NCBI GenBank assembly: GCA_032718475.1
Contig: JAUCBJ010005433.1
Location: forward strand, 23,758-87,757
Source: Nemertoderma westbladi
Taxonomy: Eukaryota > Animalia > Xenacoelomorpha
DNA length: 64,000 bases
Direction of reading: 5' to 3'
How positions within the stretch are numbered: position 1 is the first letter of the stretch; each line of letters begins with the position of its first letter. A program made the translations under genes and the position numbers. Under the pieces are notes generated by a model, which saw only the letters and a list, made by a program, of their open reading frames with translations, did not search any database and was not told where the DNA came from. Below, in pieces: positions 1-14,200 of the stretch.

Positions 1-1559
1 ATGGTCGCTAATGGAATGCGTTTATTATGAAAATAGTGCGGGAAATTATCCAGTTAGCTAAAAGAAATGGGTCGGAAAAAGTTTTATTAATATTTTATTT
101 AAATTTCAAAAGGAAAATCTCCCAACAAAAACGTAACGAAGTGAGTTCTACAGGTTATATCACGATAAATTATTCTGTCCCACCAAATTCCGAATGAAAT
201 AAATACTATACCCAGGCCAAATTATACCCAAAAATAAATATAGTATCACCACTGGCCCCCGGTATAATAGGACTTAAAATCATTTCTTAAAATTAGTCAG
301 CAGCTTGTTTTCAGCCATAAATCGGCGATCATTCTATAAAGGTGTTTTTGGGCTAATTCTGTTTGGTTTGGAATATAACGATGTTCAATTCCAGTTACAT
401 TATTTGATTAATTATTCTTAATAAAAAATAAGTTTTCAAAATTGTTTCGTTGAATGAGTTCATAATTAAATATAGGGCGTTAGTTTAAAAAAAAGTATCA
501 AATTAAATATCTGGCTTTTGTATTAAAACAACATAATATTATTCATATCACCCACCTACAACATGAATGAATGAATACTCCGCCGAATTATTTTTCAATA
601 TACAATACGATATAATAAATATATGCGCCTAGAAAAATATTGTACTTCGGCCAACTTAATAAATAATTCCGTATAAAAAGTCCATAGAAAGACATCATTT
701 GTATACGGTAGCAACAAAAACTGATACTCAACAGAAAATCCTCGGAGGTGGTTAATGCACTATTCTACCAGAATAAATTAGGGAGTATAAGTTTCGGTAA
801 ACTAACTAACTAATGGATTATTTATAATCTCAAGGGCCTGTCGTGCCTTTGTGGAGAAAATATGGCAGAGAAGAGAATTAAAATGAAAGCTTATCCGCAG
901 TTTCAAATTATCTTTCCTTTGGGCTGGCCTCCTACGCGGATCCCCCTAGGCGGGTTCGAGTGTCTCTTACAGTTCGAACCCTAGGATAGAGTCGTGGGGT
1001 GATAGCAACCGAGCTGCAATTAGTTTAGATTTCGAGGGTAATCTGGTAAGATAACCGCGAGATATTGGGCCAGGCACCGCGGGGAACGAATTATAACCAC
1101 GCTTATCGTTGGCGAGAAAAATAAAATGGTTGATTTGGGTTGTAACAGTAGATCAATGACACTCGGCGTCGCCTCATTAACCCTAAAGTTAGCGAGTCGA
1201 TTTCGGAATTTACCGGTAAGTGACGATATTTAATGAGTTTCAAGAATCGATATACAGAGATGAAATCAGTGCGAAGAGCTAGAATTTTCAAACAGATTTC
1301 ATTGATTAGTAACTCAGTGGTTGGATGTCTTTCTTGGTTGTGTAGTTATGTACAGGACTTCTGTTGTAGGATTTTGAGATTTGCTGAAGATACCAGAATA
1401 CGAAGGCATGGTATAATGTATTAAATAAATTGACAGGATAAAATTGTCAGAATAAAATTACATCTCCCAACCCAGAAGCCAGAACTACTCTGAAGGTCAC
1501 GATTACATACACCAGTATAATTGAAAAGTTGCGTTAATAAGTTTCCTATTTATTGTATT

Positions 1560-2080
1560 GACTCCGGAAATCAGGTGAAATCCTTCGAATACGTAAGGGG
1601 AAGAAGTCATGGGCAGCATTGAATGGGATGCCATCAGTTACATAGAATATATCGGAATCTCAGGTTCTATTACATGGAGCAGCAGTAGAACGGATACCCC
1701 TGTACAGGAGTCCATGAGACTGGGCTCTAACTGCTGCATAACCTCTATGGATGGCCCACACACAAGATTGATACGTCGGGTTCATTTTACTGTACCAAGT
1801 ACAATGCTCACATCTCCAACTAGATACTATAAAACATTGGAGGTGTCGCATTGATTCCCCTAAGCTTGGCACTTGTACAGAGCCGCCTCCGCTTTGCAGG
1901 ACATTGCTTTCGTCGTGAGGACCAGCCTGTGCTGTGCTGTGCAGAATCTTGTGCTTTAATAGCCTCATGTAGAAAATAAGCGCGATGGACAACCCCTAAT
2001 CTCGCAAATGTTATTGGACAATAGAGTTATGGCGGCGCAATTTTCTCGATAAGCCGGCATATCATTCTTAATGCAGCCGC
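1560..2080 (+). mobile_element. Decayed 3' fragment of a LINE (RTE-like), same family as 44935..45550
   Basis: Aligns by eye with the reverse complement of 44935..45550 (shared blocks gggcagcattgaatggg, ctgggctctaactgctg, acattggaggtgtc, gccgcctccgctttgc). Residual peptide ILRIRKGKKSWAALNG; many indels and stops. Confidence 0.65.
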
Positions 2081-5038
2081 ACTTAATCATCTGATTATAG
2101 AGACATTATTGTACCATGTACCTGAGGAGAAGATAATGACAATGATTAGACATATTTCCGTTGCTCATGAAACTCAAATGATAACTGTGAAGGATGTACA
2201 GAGGTTAGTCAATCCATGGTGATGGGGCTAAAGTTCGTCAGCACCAAATTTGGGGGAAAAACAGCAATAGTTACCTTGTTGCTACGTAATATTCGTGTTG
2301 CTAAGGAAAAAACATTTTATAGTCTTTATTGGGTATTAATTAGCTAGATTACTGTAGAATCGAACAAATATGGTTCGGATGACTTTTGAATTGGTTTCGT
2401 AATTCTCTTTGCACCGAACTGAACTATATTTAAGTCACCACAACGCACGCATTCAAACAGTAGTCGTACTGCACTAACTGCAGTCATGTAAAACCCAGGA
2501 TTACATAAAAATAGATTTACTATTAGAGAACGTTTGCTTTGTTAAAAATAATAATATAAAAGTTACTACTGACTGAGAGAATCTTGGAATCTTACTGTAG
2601 AGCATGTAAAATACTGCTATGCCAGAGCCATCCATCTTTATAATGTTTTACGATGGGTTTGGCTATCGCCATAAATTATATAATATTATAACAGTTAGCA
2701 TCAAGTATAATGAATGAATAATATAAAGAAAGATGAACAAATTTCCAGCAGTTATTCACAACAACTGTAACTGCCGACTATTAAAGCTAAAAGAAATCAC
2801 TGCTAATGTCTGACAGCACTGGCTACATGAGTAGTGAACGCAGAATCTTGGAAGTGGGTGAATAACTCAGTTGAATCGATAAACCACCGAAACTCCTTCG
2901 ATTCCATCTGCATAATTTAATTCAACACGCCAAATTACTACCACGCCTAGGTATCTACATATTAAGTACGGCGATGGAAACCAACATTGGTCGGTGTAAT
3001 GTAAATTAAAGTTGGCCGGTATCACGGTAACCAACAAAGATATTTTCAGTCTATGCCTGTGTTCAGGTCGTATTTACACAAATTGGAGTTGGGTTTCCTC
3101 TTCAACAATATATCTATAGATAAAAAATAGCAACATAAACGACGTCACTCAACCCGGTATTGTAAACTGCAGGAGTCTAACTAAACTGGAAAGGTTAGAC
3201 GTGTTGGATCTCTAGAGGTACAGAATGATCAACAGCGCAACTCGTAAGCGGTGTAAAGTAATATCAAACGGGGATATATTCAAATAACACAGATTGATCC
3301 CTGGAGTAGAGATTATTTCATATGAAACGAGAGAGATACTCGAGAAGTTCATTAACCTAAATGTTTAACTTTTGTTTTCGATATTTTCTAGATTAACAAA
3401 TATGATCAGCCTTTCGACACCGTCTTTTTCAGGGATTTTATTATTTCTCATTGCAGTTCAATCGAGAGTCTCGTTTTGATAGTTAATACTGGGTGATGGT
3501 TGGGGGGGGGGGGGGGGGGGGGGTTTCTGAGTTGACAGACGAAAGTCCATGTGTAGGGCTACTGAAGGTCACGAACGGGTTGGATATTAACGATGATGAT
3601 TATGGAGATTCGCTCGGTCTAATAATTCCCAGGCGTTGAAATAAAAAGGTCTCCGTTGGTACATCTATTGCAAACACCAACGATCCCATCTGTCCAGTCC
3701 ATTCTCGCAAATAAATATGCAAACTTGAATTATTTAAAATGATAAAATAATTAAAAAATAAAATTAATTAATTAAATTATAAACAATTTGTTTTTGTTTT
3801 GTGACTTTTACACTAGGAACGACCGTATCTATTTTGTAATATTCCTCTGGGGAAATTAACCTGTCTATTGTCATGCTTAGCTTAACAATTACAAATAATT
3901 CCAAACAAATAAATTTAATTAGATTCACCATTGTTCATAATTCGAACTTTAAAGCTTCTGTTACATTATGCCAACTTTCATTCCATTGATCACTATATGT
4001 CAGCGTTCTGGTAAAAACCTCACAACGCAAGAAAAGTACCTCTTCACAGATGTGCGGTCTATAGGACGGAACGGAACGATACAAAGCAATCACTAAAACA
4101 TGGTAACAATAAACTTCTAGAACACGTTTCGAGTATTAATTCTCCATTATTGATAGATTCTATAGCTAACAAAGTTTAACATTATTTACCTTAGTTGTTA
4201 CAGTAAATGCAAATAATTATTGCATAAAAAGGATATGAATTTCATTAATATTCCTAAACATTACAAATTAAAGCCAACAGAACGCCGATAAGTTGACATA
4301 ATGTAACAAAATTAAGTAAAATATTGTATGATAAAGGCACTCATTATATTAATTATCATTTTTTTTATTGCCCTCGCATTATCGACATTGACCAGAATAG
4401 TGGTTTATAAAAAAACGTTGTCAATTAATTTATACCTAAAAGAATAAGTCCCAGAATATTTTAAAAGTTACAATCTCTCCCTTCTTGGTATCGAAAGACA
4501 CTCCAAACTACAAAAAACCCCATCCCCAACATTGCAATCGACACAGGTCGCACCTACAGTTACCCACTCAATCTATTACAGAAATGCCCCCACACTTACT
4601 CCAGGTTCCTGCAGTGTTTCCTGCTTTGGTTATCTTCCACAGAAACACTCCATTAACCTTATCGGCGAGGCCAGACTCCCTTTTAACCCGATCTTCTATG
4701 GCGCGGAATATTTCAGCGGACCGGAGCTCTGCATGTGGTTCGACTTTCTCGATGGAGGGGCCAAGTTCAACGTAACCACCCGAGAGTACTACCTCATCAG
4801 TTTCTACGATCTAAAGGAATAAATCGAGTCGTGAAGTAAAATAATGCAATTTATTGTATGTAATCTTGTATAATTATATAGTTACAGGCCAACTATTTTA
4901 AATTAGTAGTCACGAGTTAGAAGTGACTTACTTGTTCAATTATTGCAAACTTCCGATAACACTGAAGGAAAGCATGGCAATCTGTATGTACAGTAAACTG
5001 CTCTAGTATACAGATCAATTAGATTGTATTAATCTAAC

Positions 5039-5232
5039 CTTGGTAGTGAACAGTATACGGTTAGATTCTAGCCACATATCTGTTCGAATTGTCTGGCCAG
5101 GTAGGACGGGTTTAACAAAACGAGTCTTTATGGCTCGAAATCGTGTGACGTCATCGTCGGCATAACTACGCAATACATGCCGACATGCGTAACCAAAGGA
5201 ACACAGACCGTGGAGAATTGGCTCTGAAAAAC
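5039..5232 (-). CDS. HSD17B4: HSD17B4 exon 12 (hydratase 2)
   Basis: aacag|GT TTT TCA...ACC AAG|gttaga; encodes [21 protein letters not shown]...[14 protein letters not shown]...FTTK; phase 1 to 0. Confidence 0.92.
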
Positions 5233-8200
5233 CTGTTAAGAAAATCATTAGTAACTTATTACAATGATAGCTGCTAAGTATGAGATATGGGGGAGACTTG
5301 ACGCAATCAAAATGACACCCTCTATGGGGAAAACTGGCGTAAATGAAAACTGATTAAGAGCAAAAAATAAACTTTCACCTGTTAACGTTGTTCATTGTTT
5401 TTGTTTGAATATATTGAAATTGTGACCTGCCCCTTCCTAACATTAATTTAATGTTACTAGAGCAAGCAGCAGCGGTTGCGGTTGCCAGGTTTAATAAAAA
5501 TTTACTTCGAGCCATTATAATAGTAACTATTAATAATTGACGTCAGATATTCCACAATGTATTAAATTTCAAACACAACATTTTCCAATTAATACTAATA
5601 TTATTAGTAGCCTCACCTCCAACGGCAGCAAATTTAGGGTCTATATGTAACGGGTTGCGGTCTCCATTTAATCTGTATAACGCTGATTGGTTAATTCCTA
5701 AAATGAAAACATTATCTCTAGTTATAATCCGCTCACCCAACTCTATAATCACTTTTTGTTGGGCACAGCTTTGAAAAGTCGGCAATGACATCCAGGTGGG
5801 ATCGAACAGGTGGCCTCCGGGTTGGAAGTCTGACGCTCTAACCATTCAGCTAGCGGCTCAGGTAAAAGATAGACCTGGAAATACTATCTGATACCTTGTA
5901 TGTCCGCAATTTACCTCCTCATGGCCTCCCAACTGTCAATACCATCATATGCTGCCACTGTGCTCAACCCTACCGTAGTTGGCCGTCATTAACCACTCTC
6001 TACAATGAAAGGGTAGTGCATATTAACCATGAACCATCACGGTCACAATGATTAATTTTACAATCTAACTACTAATTTGGGTAGGACAGTTTACCCGGAG
6101 TAATTCATTATGTCACTACCTACACGTCCTGTAGGCCGTATGTCCTACTTATACATACTTTAGGCTGCAGGTACCATACGGTACGGTACTGGTTCCGGTA
6201 TAATATGTGGTTTCTAATTAATAAAACGTCGAAACTTGAAAATAAAACGACATATTCGATGTAAATAAAGTAGCTGTATTTGACTTTCAGGCTCCCGTTC
6301 CATTTCACTAACTCGCTTACGCTCGTTTGGTGTTAATATTCCTACTCGAGCCGCCGTTAAATACAGTACCAATTTATTTAAATTGAATATAATATAGTAA
6401 ATATTTTTGAATAAATAAATCATTTCATAGGATAAGGGTTGTCAACAATCCTAAACTGTTTTGCTAAAAAGCTTTTGTCTACCTTACACAGCGTGATAAA
6501 CTGAGATATTTTATAGTTAGTCTACCTTTTTAGGAAATCTATGCATCTTACGATTGGCCACAAACTAAGCAATAAACCAATAACAACTCACCGATAGTTT
6601 CCTCAACACTGCGATCAGGTTGGCGGTCTGGAATCTCAGCCAATGGGCGTTGGTGCTCTGAGGTGGCTTTTCCTCCAAAGTTACCAACCCCAATAATAAA
6701 GGTAATAAACTGGTTTAACATTATGAGTTGATTACTGCTATTAAACGTTTCCACTAAAATAATTTAAAATAAATATAATGTGGTTAAAATACGAGTTCAT
6801 GTACCGCGAATTAGCTTTCTTATAATCCTCTTAAAGACTCTAACTAAAATAATCAAAAGGAAAGTCCAATCCAATATTGCCAATCTATTCCAAGGCGAGC
6901 AGTACGGTTTTATCCGGGGGCGCTCAGCCACTCGAGCTTTGCGTAGGTTTCTCTCAGATATATCTCCTATTTTATAGAAGATCCAGGTCGACAAAGACAG
7001 TTTGTTTACTGTATTTTCATCGATTTCCGAAAGGCCTTCGATGTAGTAAACAGAGCGATACTTCTGAAAAAGTTATATGAATAGTTTGGAATTAAAGGGA
7101 AACTATTTAATTTGATGAAGGCGGTCCTAAACAACAGTATTCTAGGTTTCTACGGATTGAGATACTCTAGAGCAACTCCGAGGAGATTTACAGGGTGGCT
7201 CTTTTAGTCCAACTTGTTTTATAATTTTCATCACAGATTTGGCCGCTGCGCTGAGAAATATTATTGGTTATATAAAGTTTATATTTTTCGGTCATGATCT
7301 GCTAGTTTATCAACGGTGCTCAAGAAACTCAATGGAGGTGAACCTCACGAAAACGAAGATCATTAAGTTTCGTTTAGCAGGGCGGTTAGCTACTTCGGAT
7401 AAATTCTTCTACGGAGGTAATGATGTTGAATTTTATAACTCCTACGACTTTCTATGCGTTACGCTTCAACCCTCGCTATGTTTCTCGAAACATATTATCG
7501 ACAACAAAAAACGCCAAGCCTATGCACCTATAGACTGCATGAGAAATTTACATTTGCTGTCGGTGAAAACAGGAGTAAAGATCTTCTTTCTCAAAATTTT
7601 CCCATTTTCCCTCCTCTGGCAAAAAGTATGCTTTTCCGCAGATTGCAAAGTTTTACACGCCCAGGAATTTCATTGAAATCGATAGAATAAAGGCTACTTT
7701 TATCAAATGACTTCTTTCAGTCCATAAATCAGCTTCATCCACCATGGTTTTGAAACTGACCAATCAGGAGACGTTTGTAAATGATGTTCTGTGAAATACC
7801 CTGGTATCTTCAACCAGAAAACTATCGATGATTATAAAAGCTTTCTCCAAGATCGCGAGTTTAACTTCGTCCAGGAAAAATATTTGAGCGGTCCAGCCTT
7901 TACCTCTAACAGCTGGAGGGGGCCAAACCATGGAAATCGGCACGTGTTAACTCACTGCACGGCCCACAGCTTTGACTACGCCTTGTGCATAAACCCGACG
8001 CCTTTCCACGAAATGGGTCACGACTGCCTATGTAAGTTTTGCGGAACTAGTGCTGCAAACAGATACCACTGCCTGTCCTGTCCTCGTTGACCAACCATGA
8101 AAGAGTTGGCTGCATTCAATAATTAAACTAGTATATATATATTATGTTGTCCCTTTTTAAATATTTTAATTTATAATTACTGTATGTATTATATGCATTT

Positions 8201-11200
8201 GTTATTAGCAAGTCGTTAGACTTGATTACTGTAAGAAAAAAAGCTACTGACTACTGGCTACTGGCTACTGACTACTGGCTACTGGCTACTGACCTAGAGC
8301 AAAAACGGCTCTAACGATTTTGATGAAATTTTGCATGGACCATGAAAATGGATTTCTAAGGGTACTTGTGAAATCGCGGTTTAAATTGAAACATCTCAAC
8401 TTGTTTTATTTCGAAAAATAGCCCCAAAACACTAAAATTGCCATAGGCGCAATGATAAAACACCAGCTGGCACTCATGAAAAATGTATAGAGATGGCCTG
8501 GTAATGCATTCAATAGGAAGGCCAACTAACAAAGAAGTACTTTCTCTGCCAAGTTTTATTATCACTCTACTATACAACCCAGACAGTAAGCAAACATTAA
8601 TTTGTTTAACTGGCTATTACAGTTTCAGCTGAATAACTCTTCCCAATGCATCCTTGCTATGTTAATTAATTGGCGTGCAAGCTAAATGACTGTTAGTTAA
8701 ACAGTGTGTTGGCTACACAGTGTATTGTACTATGCTCTCATCGCATTATTGTTTTATTTTGAAATCTTTGTGCCAACATTAATACTGTGGAGGCTGTATG
8801 CTTATAAGGCTGAATATTTACTCAGCCTCAAAATGATTCTCCATAAGGCTAACATTATTGTTTGAAATATAAAAATCTGTTATAATAATAATATAATTGT
8901 TATATTTAATTAATATCGTGGTTTACATTGAACAGTGTAAATTGTTAATCGCGGTTTACATTGAAACATCTCAACTTGTTTTATTTATTACAAAAATAAG
9001 AACGAATTTGTCTTATCACTTCTTGTGCGCGATTGTATTGAATTCATGACAACTGCTGTTATTATTATTAATCAATTGACACCTCGACTCCTCTCTGAGA
9101 TCCGACTACTCTATCCGATAGAATAAAATAATCATTTCGCTAACTGCTCTCTATCTTCTATAATCACAACAGCTTTTATAATTCATTAGATGATTACAAC
9201 ATAATAATTATAGTTTGAAGTTGTCTAGAAAAATTTTCGTACACCACCGGGACTACCCTCACACTAATTTATTATCATACAGAATAAAAAGCTTTTACTT
9301 GATTCGTACTGTCTCCTACGACTTGCTTCACGGGCCGGTAGGCCCGTCTCTAGTTATTATGATTTTACTCTTCATTTGATTAAAACCAAATTACCCCGTG
9401 TGGGGTGTAGTTATAAAAAAAAATACGAGTTAATGGCGCAAAATGGCCTTGGTTAGAAAAGCCTGCCATTATGACCTGGTACTTTCCTTTAAAAGGTACC
9501 TTAAATGGTAAATATAGAAATTAAATATTCGCGAAATTAAGTTAATATGTGAAAATAGGCTGAAACTACACCCCAATTGGAAATATGCGTTATCGTTGCA
9601 GTCAAGTTAGCGCCCATTCGGCACAGTATCTAAATTAGGTCCGATACCGGTACTGGTCAATCACCAATTACTTTCATTTTACTGATTATCTGTACACTGC
9701 ACTGTTTAAACATATTAACTTAATTTCGCGAATATTTAATTTCGATATTCACAATTTAAGGTACCTTTTATTCTAACCAAAACAATAAACGAAATTTAGG
9801 AACACAGTTTACAGTAAAATTTTTACTTCTAGGCACTAATTTTTCAATATTAATCTAACAAACCGTATGAGAAGATTAAAACGAAACCCCAATTGGCTTT
9901 TTGCGTACCGGTCCAGTAGCGCCCATACGACACAGTATCTGAATTAGGTCCATTACCGGTACAGGTCAACACCAATTACTTTCATTTCACTGATTATCTG
10001 TACACTACACTGTAGGCTACCGGTGCGACAAGGCCAAAGTACCGGAAGTCGAAATAGCGCTGCTTTTCACAATAGATTAGATCTCACCATCACTCTATAT
10101 AGCACCACACTCACCATTGAGAATAACCAGTGCACCACTTCCCTTATCCAAAATGTCGACTATTTTAGTCTCGTTGCGTAATGTGCCTGAAGTGGGTAAT
10201 GGTTTATATAATTCCATAAAATGTTCACCGTGCAGCACCTGTAAGATAAATAAATATCGGTTATTCTTGGACCACAAAATGTAAAGATCTATAATAATGG
10301 CGGGTTTACAGTAGTTAAGTATCAGCTAATTTACTCGTATTGCTTCTAGTATAGAGAGAGATACAAATTATTATAGTTACACCATGTACACCATGACCCC
10401 GTAATATAATGTCATTTTCTGATGACCCGGACACCCCCCCCCCCCCCCCCCCCCCCCCCCAATTACCTATGTCATATTGCCTGAAATTTGAAACACAACT
10501 AATTCAACTCACCGTCGATGTTTACTAGGTGTTTAAAGTACCATTTGTGGTGCTAGAGACCCATACTTACTTCAGTTCGCTATATTGGGTAGTTACTGAA
10601 TTTTACGGAGCCCCTAAAGGGACATGGGTTTCCCTTTTTTTTTTCTAAGTCCGGCCCGGAGATACTATCTCAGGCCCGGAGATAAAATACAGAACAGGGT
10701 CATATACGTTATAGCGCTGACACAGCAATCAACAGAAACAAATTGCAGCCAATCAGCTAACTGGGTTCTCAATTCCAGATCAATGGCTGTTCTACAAGTA
10801 CAGACATCTTGACGGGAACATGAAAATTGAGTTTCACATTTCAATTTGTGAGATAGGAGTAACGTAGGGTTAAAGTAAAATATATTATGTTTCGCATTCT
10901 ACAGTCAGTTACACGTTTAAATTTGACTTCGGTTATGTAAGCGTAAAGATGGATCGTAATGAGATTATAGCGGGTTATTTTGATTTAGGTTTATACTATA
11001 GTGAAATAGCATCGATGCTACATACCGATCATAACATTATCATTAGTGTGCGATAAAAAAAACGAATTTTACATAATTTACGCTTGAGAAGAAGGAATAA
11101 TTACTCAACATCAAATGAAGTAATTAATTTTATTTCAAATGAAATAGCCGGATCGGGACGACTCCATGGTTACCGTATGATGCATCCCAAGTGTTTGTTA

Positions 11201-14200
11201 GCCGGTCTTAGAGTCCGGAAAGAGGACGTCCGTCAGATTCTGCGCGACCTAGATCCCGAAGCAACAGTGGCGTTCGACAAGACGTTTGCGCCGTCGCCAG
11301 TATTAAGCAAAGGGGCCGAATTTCATTTGGCACCTTGACGGCTATGACAAGTTGAAGCCATATGGAATTTGTATCAGCGGTTGCATTGACGGTTTTTCGA
11401 GAAAGGGTAAAAATGACTAAATGTGACCAAAGCACTATATATCAGATTATTTATCAAAAAAATCTAAAAAATTGTTTTATTTTTTAATTATTGTTACTTT
11501 TTCGCTCGAATATACCCCAAAATCGGGATAAAAAGTTACACTTTTTTCCCATGTAATACATAATTATATTTTCGACGCAATGGATCTTATTTGCAATTCT
11601 TATTTAATATTTTATCAAATCTTATTTAATTAATTGTTTTTATTACGAAATTTTAAGAATAAATTATATTATACTTTTAATGTAGTACTGAAGGTGATAC
11701 TGGTACATATTAACATTAACTTAACACGTAACTTAACATAAATTCGGGCACATTAAAGTGATTTTGACCCTGAAGTGATTTGGTTGAACTCATATAATAC
11801 AAATAATGATTCGAAAATAATTGGCGGATATTTCCTAGAAGCAGTGTCTGAATACAATGGCTGTCCACGAATAGTTAGGGGTGATTTTGGAACGGAGAAC
11901 GTGCGGGTGAGAGCCTTCCAGAGATTATTAAGACGCTATGGTGATGACATACCACAAAATAGCTATATTGATGGGGCAAGTACTGCAAACCAACGGATCG
12001 AATCTTGGTGGGGGTCGCTTAGAAGGCAGTGCACAGAGTATTGGATGGACTTCTTTAAATCCCTCCAAGATTGTGGCCTATTTAATGGCAGTGAGCTACA
12101 CAAGGAAATTATCCGATTTTGCTTCATGGCGATAATCCAGGATGAACTGGATAAAGTAGCGAGTATGTGGAATACACATAGAATTATGCCATCGCGGAAT
12201 TTGAATGTACCTTCCGGTAAACCCTGTACGATGTTTCGATTCCCAGAATTTTGGGGCAGAACAAATCAATTATGTCAAGTTATCGCAGACGACATTGACA
12301 TTTGCCGAGAAGAAGCATTATTCCGGACCGCTACTGGACACTGTGATAGAGAGACAGCTGTATCTCAGGGCCTGAGAGAGTATCCCCGGGCCTGAGATAG
12401 TATCACCGGGCCGAACTTAGTATCTCCGGGCCGGACTTAGTATCTCCGGGCCTGAGATAGTATCTCCGGGTCGGACTTAGTATCTCCGGGCCAGACATAG
12501 TATCTCCGGGCCGGACTTAGTATCTCCGGGCCTGAGATAGTATCTCCGGGCCGGACTTAGTATCTCCGGGCCGGACTTAGTATCTCCGGGCCTGAGATAG
12601 TATCTCCGGGCCGGACTTAGTATCCCCGGGCCAGACATAGTATCTCCGGGCCGGACTTAGTATCTCCGGGCCTGAGATAGTATCTCCGGGCCGGACTTAG
12701 TATCCCCGGGCCTGAGATAGTATCTCCGGGCCGGACTTAGTATCTCCGGGCCTGAGATAGTATCTCCGGGCCGGACTTAGTATCTCCGGGCCTGAGATAG
12801 TATCTCCGGGCCGGACTTAGTATCTCCGGGCCAGACATAGTATCTCCGGGCCGGACTTAGTATCTCCGGGCCTGAGATAGTATCTCCGGGTCGGACTTAG
12901 TATCTCCGGGCCGGACTTAGTATCTCCGGGCCTGAGATAGTATCTCCGGGTCGGACTTAGTATCTCCGGGCCGGACTTAGTATCTCCGGGCCTGAGATAG
13001 TATCTCCGGGTCGGACTTAGTATCTCCGGGCCAGACATAGTATCTCCGGGCCGGACGTAGTATCTCCGGGCCTGAGATAGTATCTCCGGGCCGAACTTAG
13101 TATCTCCGGGCCGGACTTAGTATCTCCGGGCCTGAGATAGTATCTCCGGGTCGGACTTAGTATCTCCGGGCCAGACATAGTATCTCCGGGCCGGACTTAG
13201 TATCTCCGGGCCTGAGATAGTATCTCCGGGTCGGACTTAGTATCTCCGGGCCAGACATAGTATCTCCGGGCCGGACTTAGTATCTCCGGGCCTGAGATAG
13301 TATCTCCGGGTCGGACTTAGTATCTCCGGGCCAGACATAGTATCTCCGGGCCGGACTTAGTATCTCCGGGCCTGAGATAGTATCTCCGGGCCGGACTTAG
13401 TATCTCCGGGCCGGACTTAGTATCTCCGGGCCTGAGATAGTATCTCCGGGTCGGACTTAGTATCTCCGGGCCGGACTTAGTATCTCCGGGCCTGAGATAG
13501 TATCTCCGGGTCGGACTTAGTATCTCCGGGCCAGACATAGTATCTCCGGGCCTGAGATAGTATCTCCGGGTCGGACTTAGTATCTCCGGGCCAGACATAG
13601 TATCTCCGGGCCGGACTTAGTATCTCCGGGCCTGAGATAGTATCTCCGGGTCGGACTTAGTATCTCCGGGCCGGACTTAGTATCTCAGGGCCTGAGAGAG
13701 TATCTCCGGGCCTGAGATAGTATCCCCGGGCCTGAGATAGTATCTCCGGGTCGGACTTAGTATCTCCGGGCCGGACTTAGTATCTCAGGGCCTGAGAGAG
13801 TATCTCCGGGACTGCGATAGTATCCCCGGGCCTGAGATAGTATCTCCGGGCCTGAGATAGTATCTCCGGGCCAGACATAGTATCTCTGGGCCGGACTTAG
13901 TATCTCCGGGCCTGAGAGAGTATCTCCGGGCCAGACATAGTATCTCCGGGCCGGACTTAGTATCTCCGGGCCGGACTTAGTATCTCCGGGCCGGACTTAG
14001 TATCTCCGGGCCGGACTTAGTATCTCCGGGCCGGACTTAGTATCTCAGGGCCTGAGATAGTATCTCCGGGCCTGAGATAGTATCTCCGGGACAGACTTAG
14101 TATCTCCGGGCCTGAGATAGTATCTCCGGGCCGGACTTAGTATCTCCGGGCCGGACTTAAAAAAAAGGGGAAACCCATGTCCCTATTGTAGGTTATTTCT

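Larger units (their letters stand above)
10604..14184 (+). mobile_element. IS3EU DNA transposon (defective; outermost right terminus lost)
   Basis: Left end TACGGAGCCCCTAAAGGGACATGGGTTTCCC...; inverted copy ...GGGAAACCCATGTCCCT ends at 14184. TAYGG terminus and transposase type match IS3EU. Confidence 0.8.

Noticed and set aside
3502-3523. Long G/C homopolymers (also ~10433, 18153, 18256, 27372, 43883) as G-quadruplex elements
   Set aside because: Several lie in transposon remnants, homopolymer length is error-prone, and there is no positional pattern
5787-5859. Functional tRNA-Gly(TCC) gene
   Set aside because: The stems do not pair; kept only as a SINE head or pseudogene
12361-14159. CRISPR-like look of constant + variable 10-mers, and repeat ORFs ([19 protein letters not shown])
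   Set aside because: Only a few recurring variants, no unique spacers, no cas genes, eukaryotic context; the ORFs are by-products of the repeat
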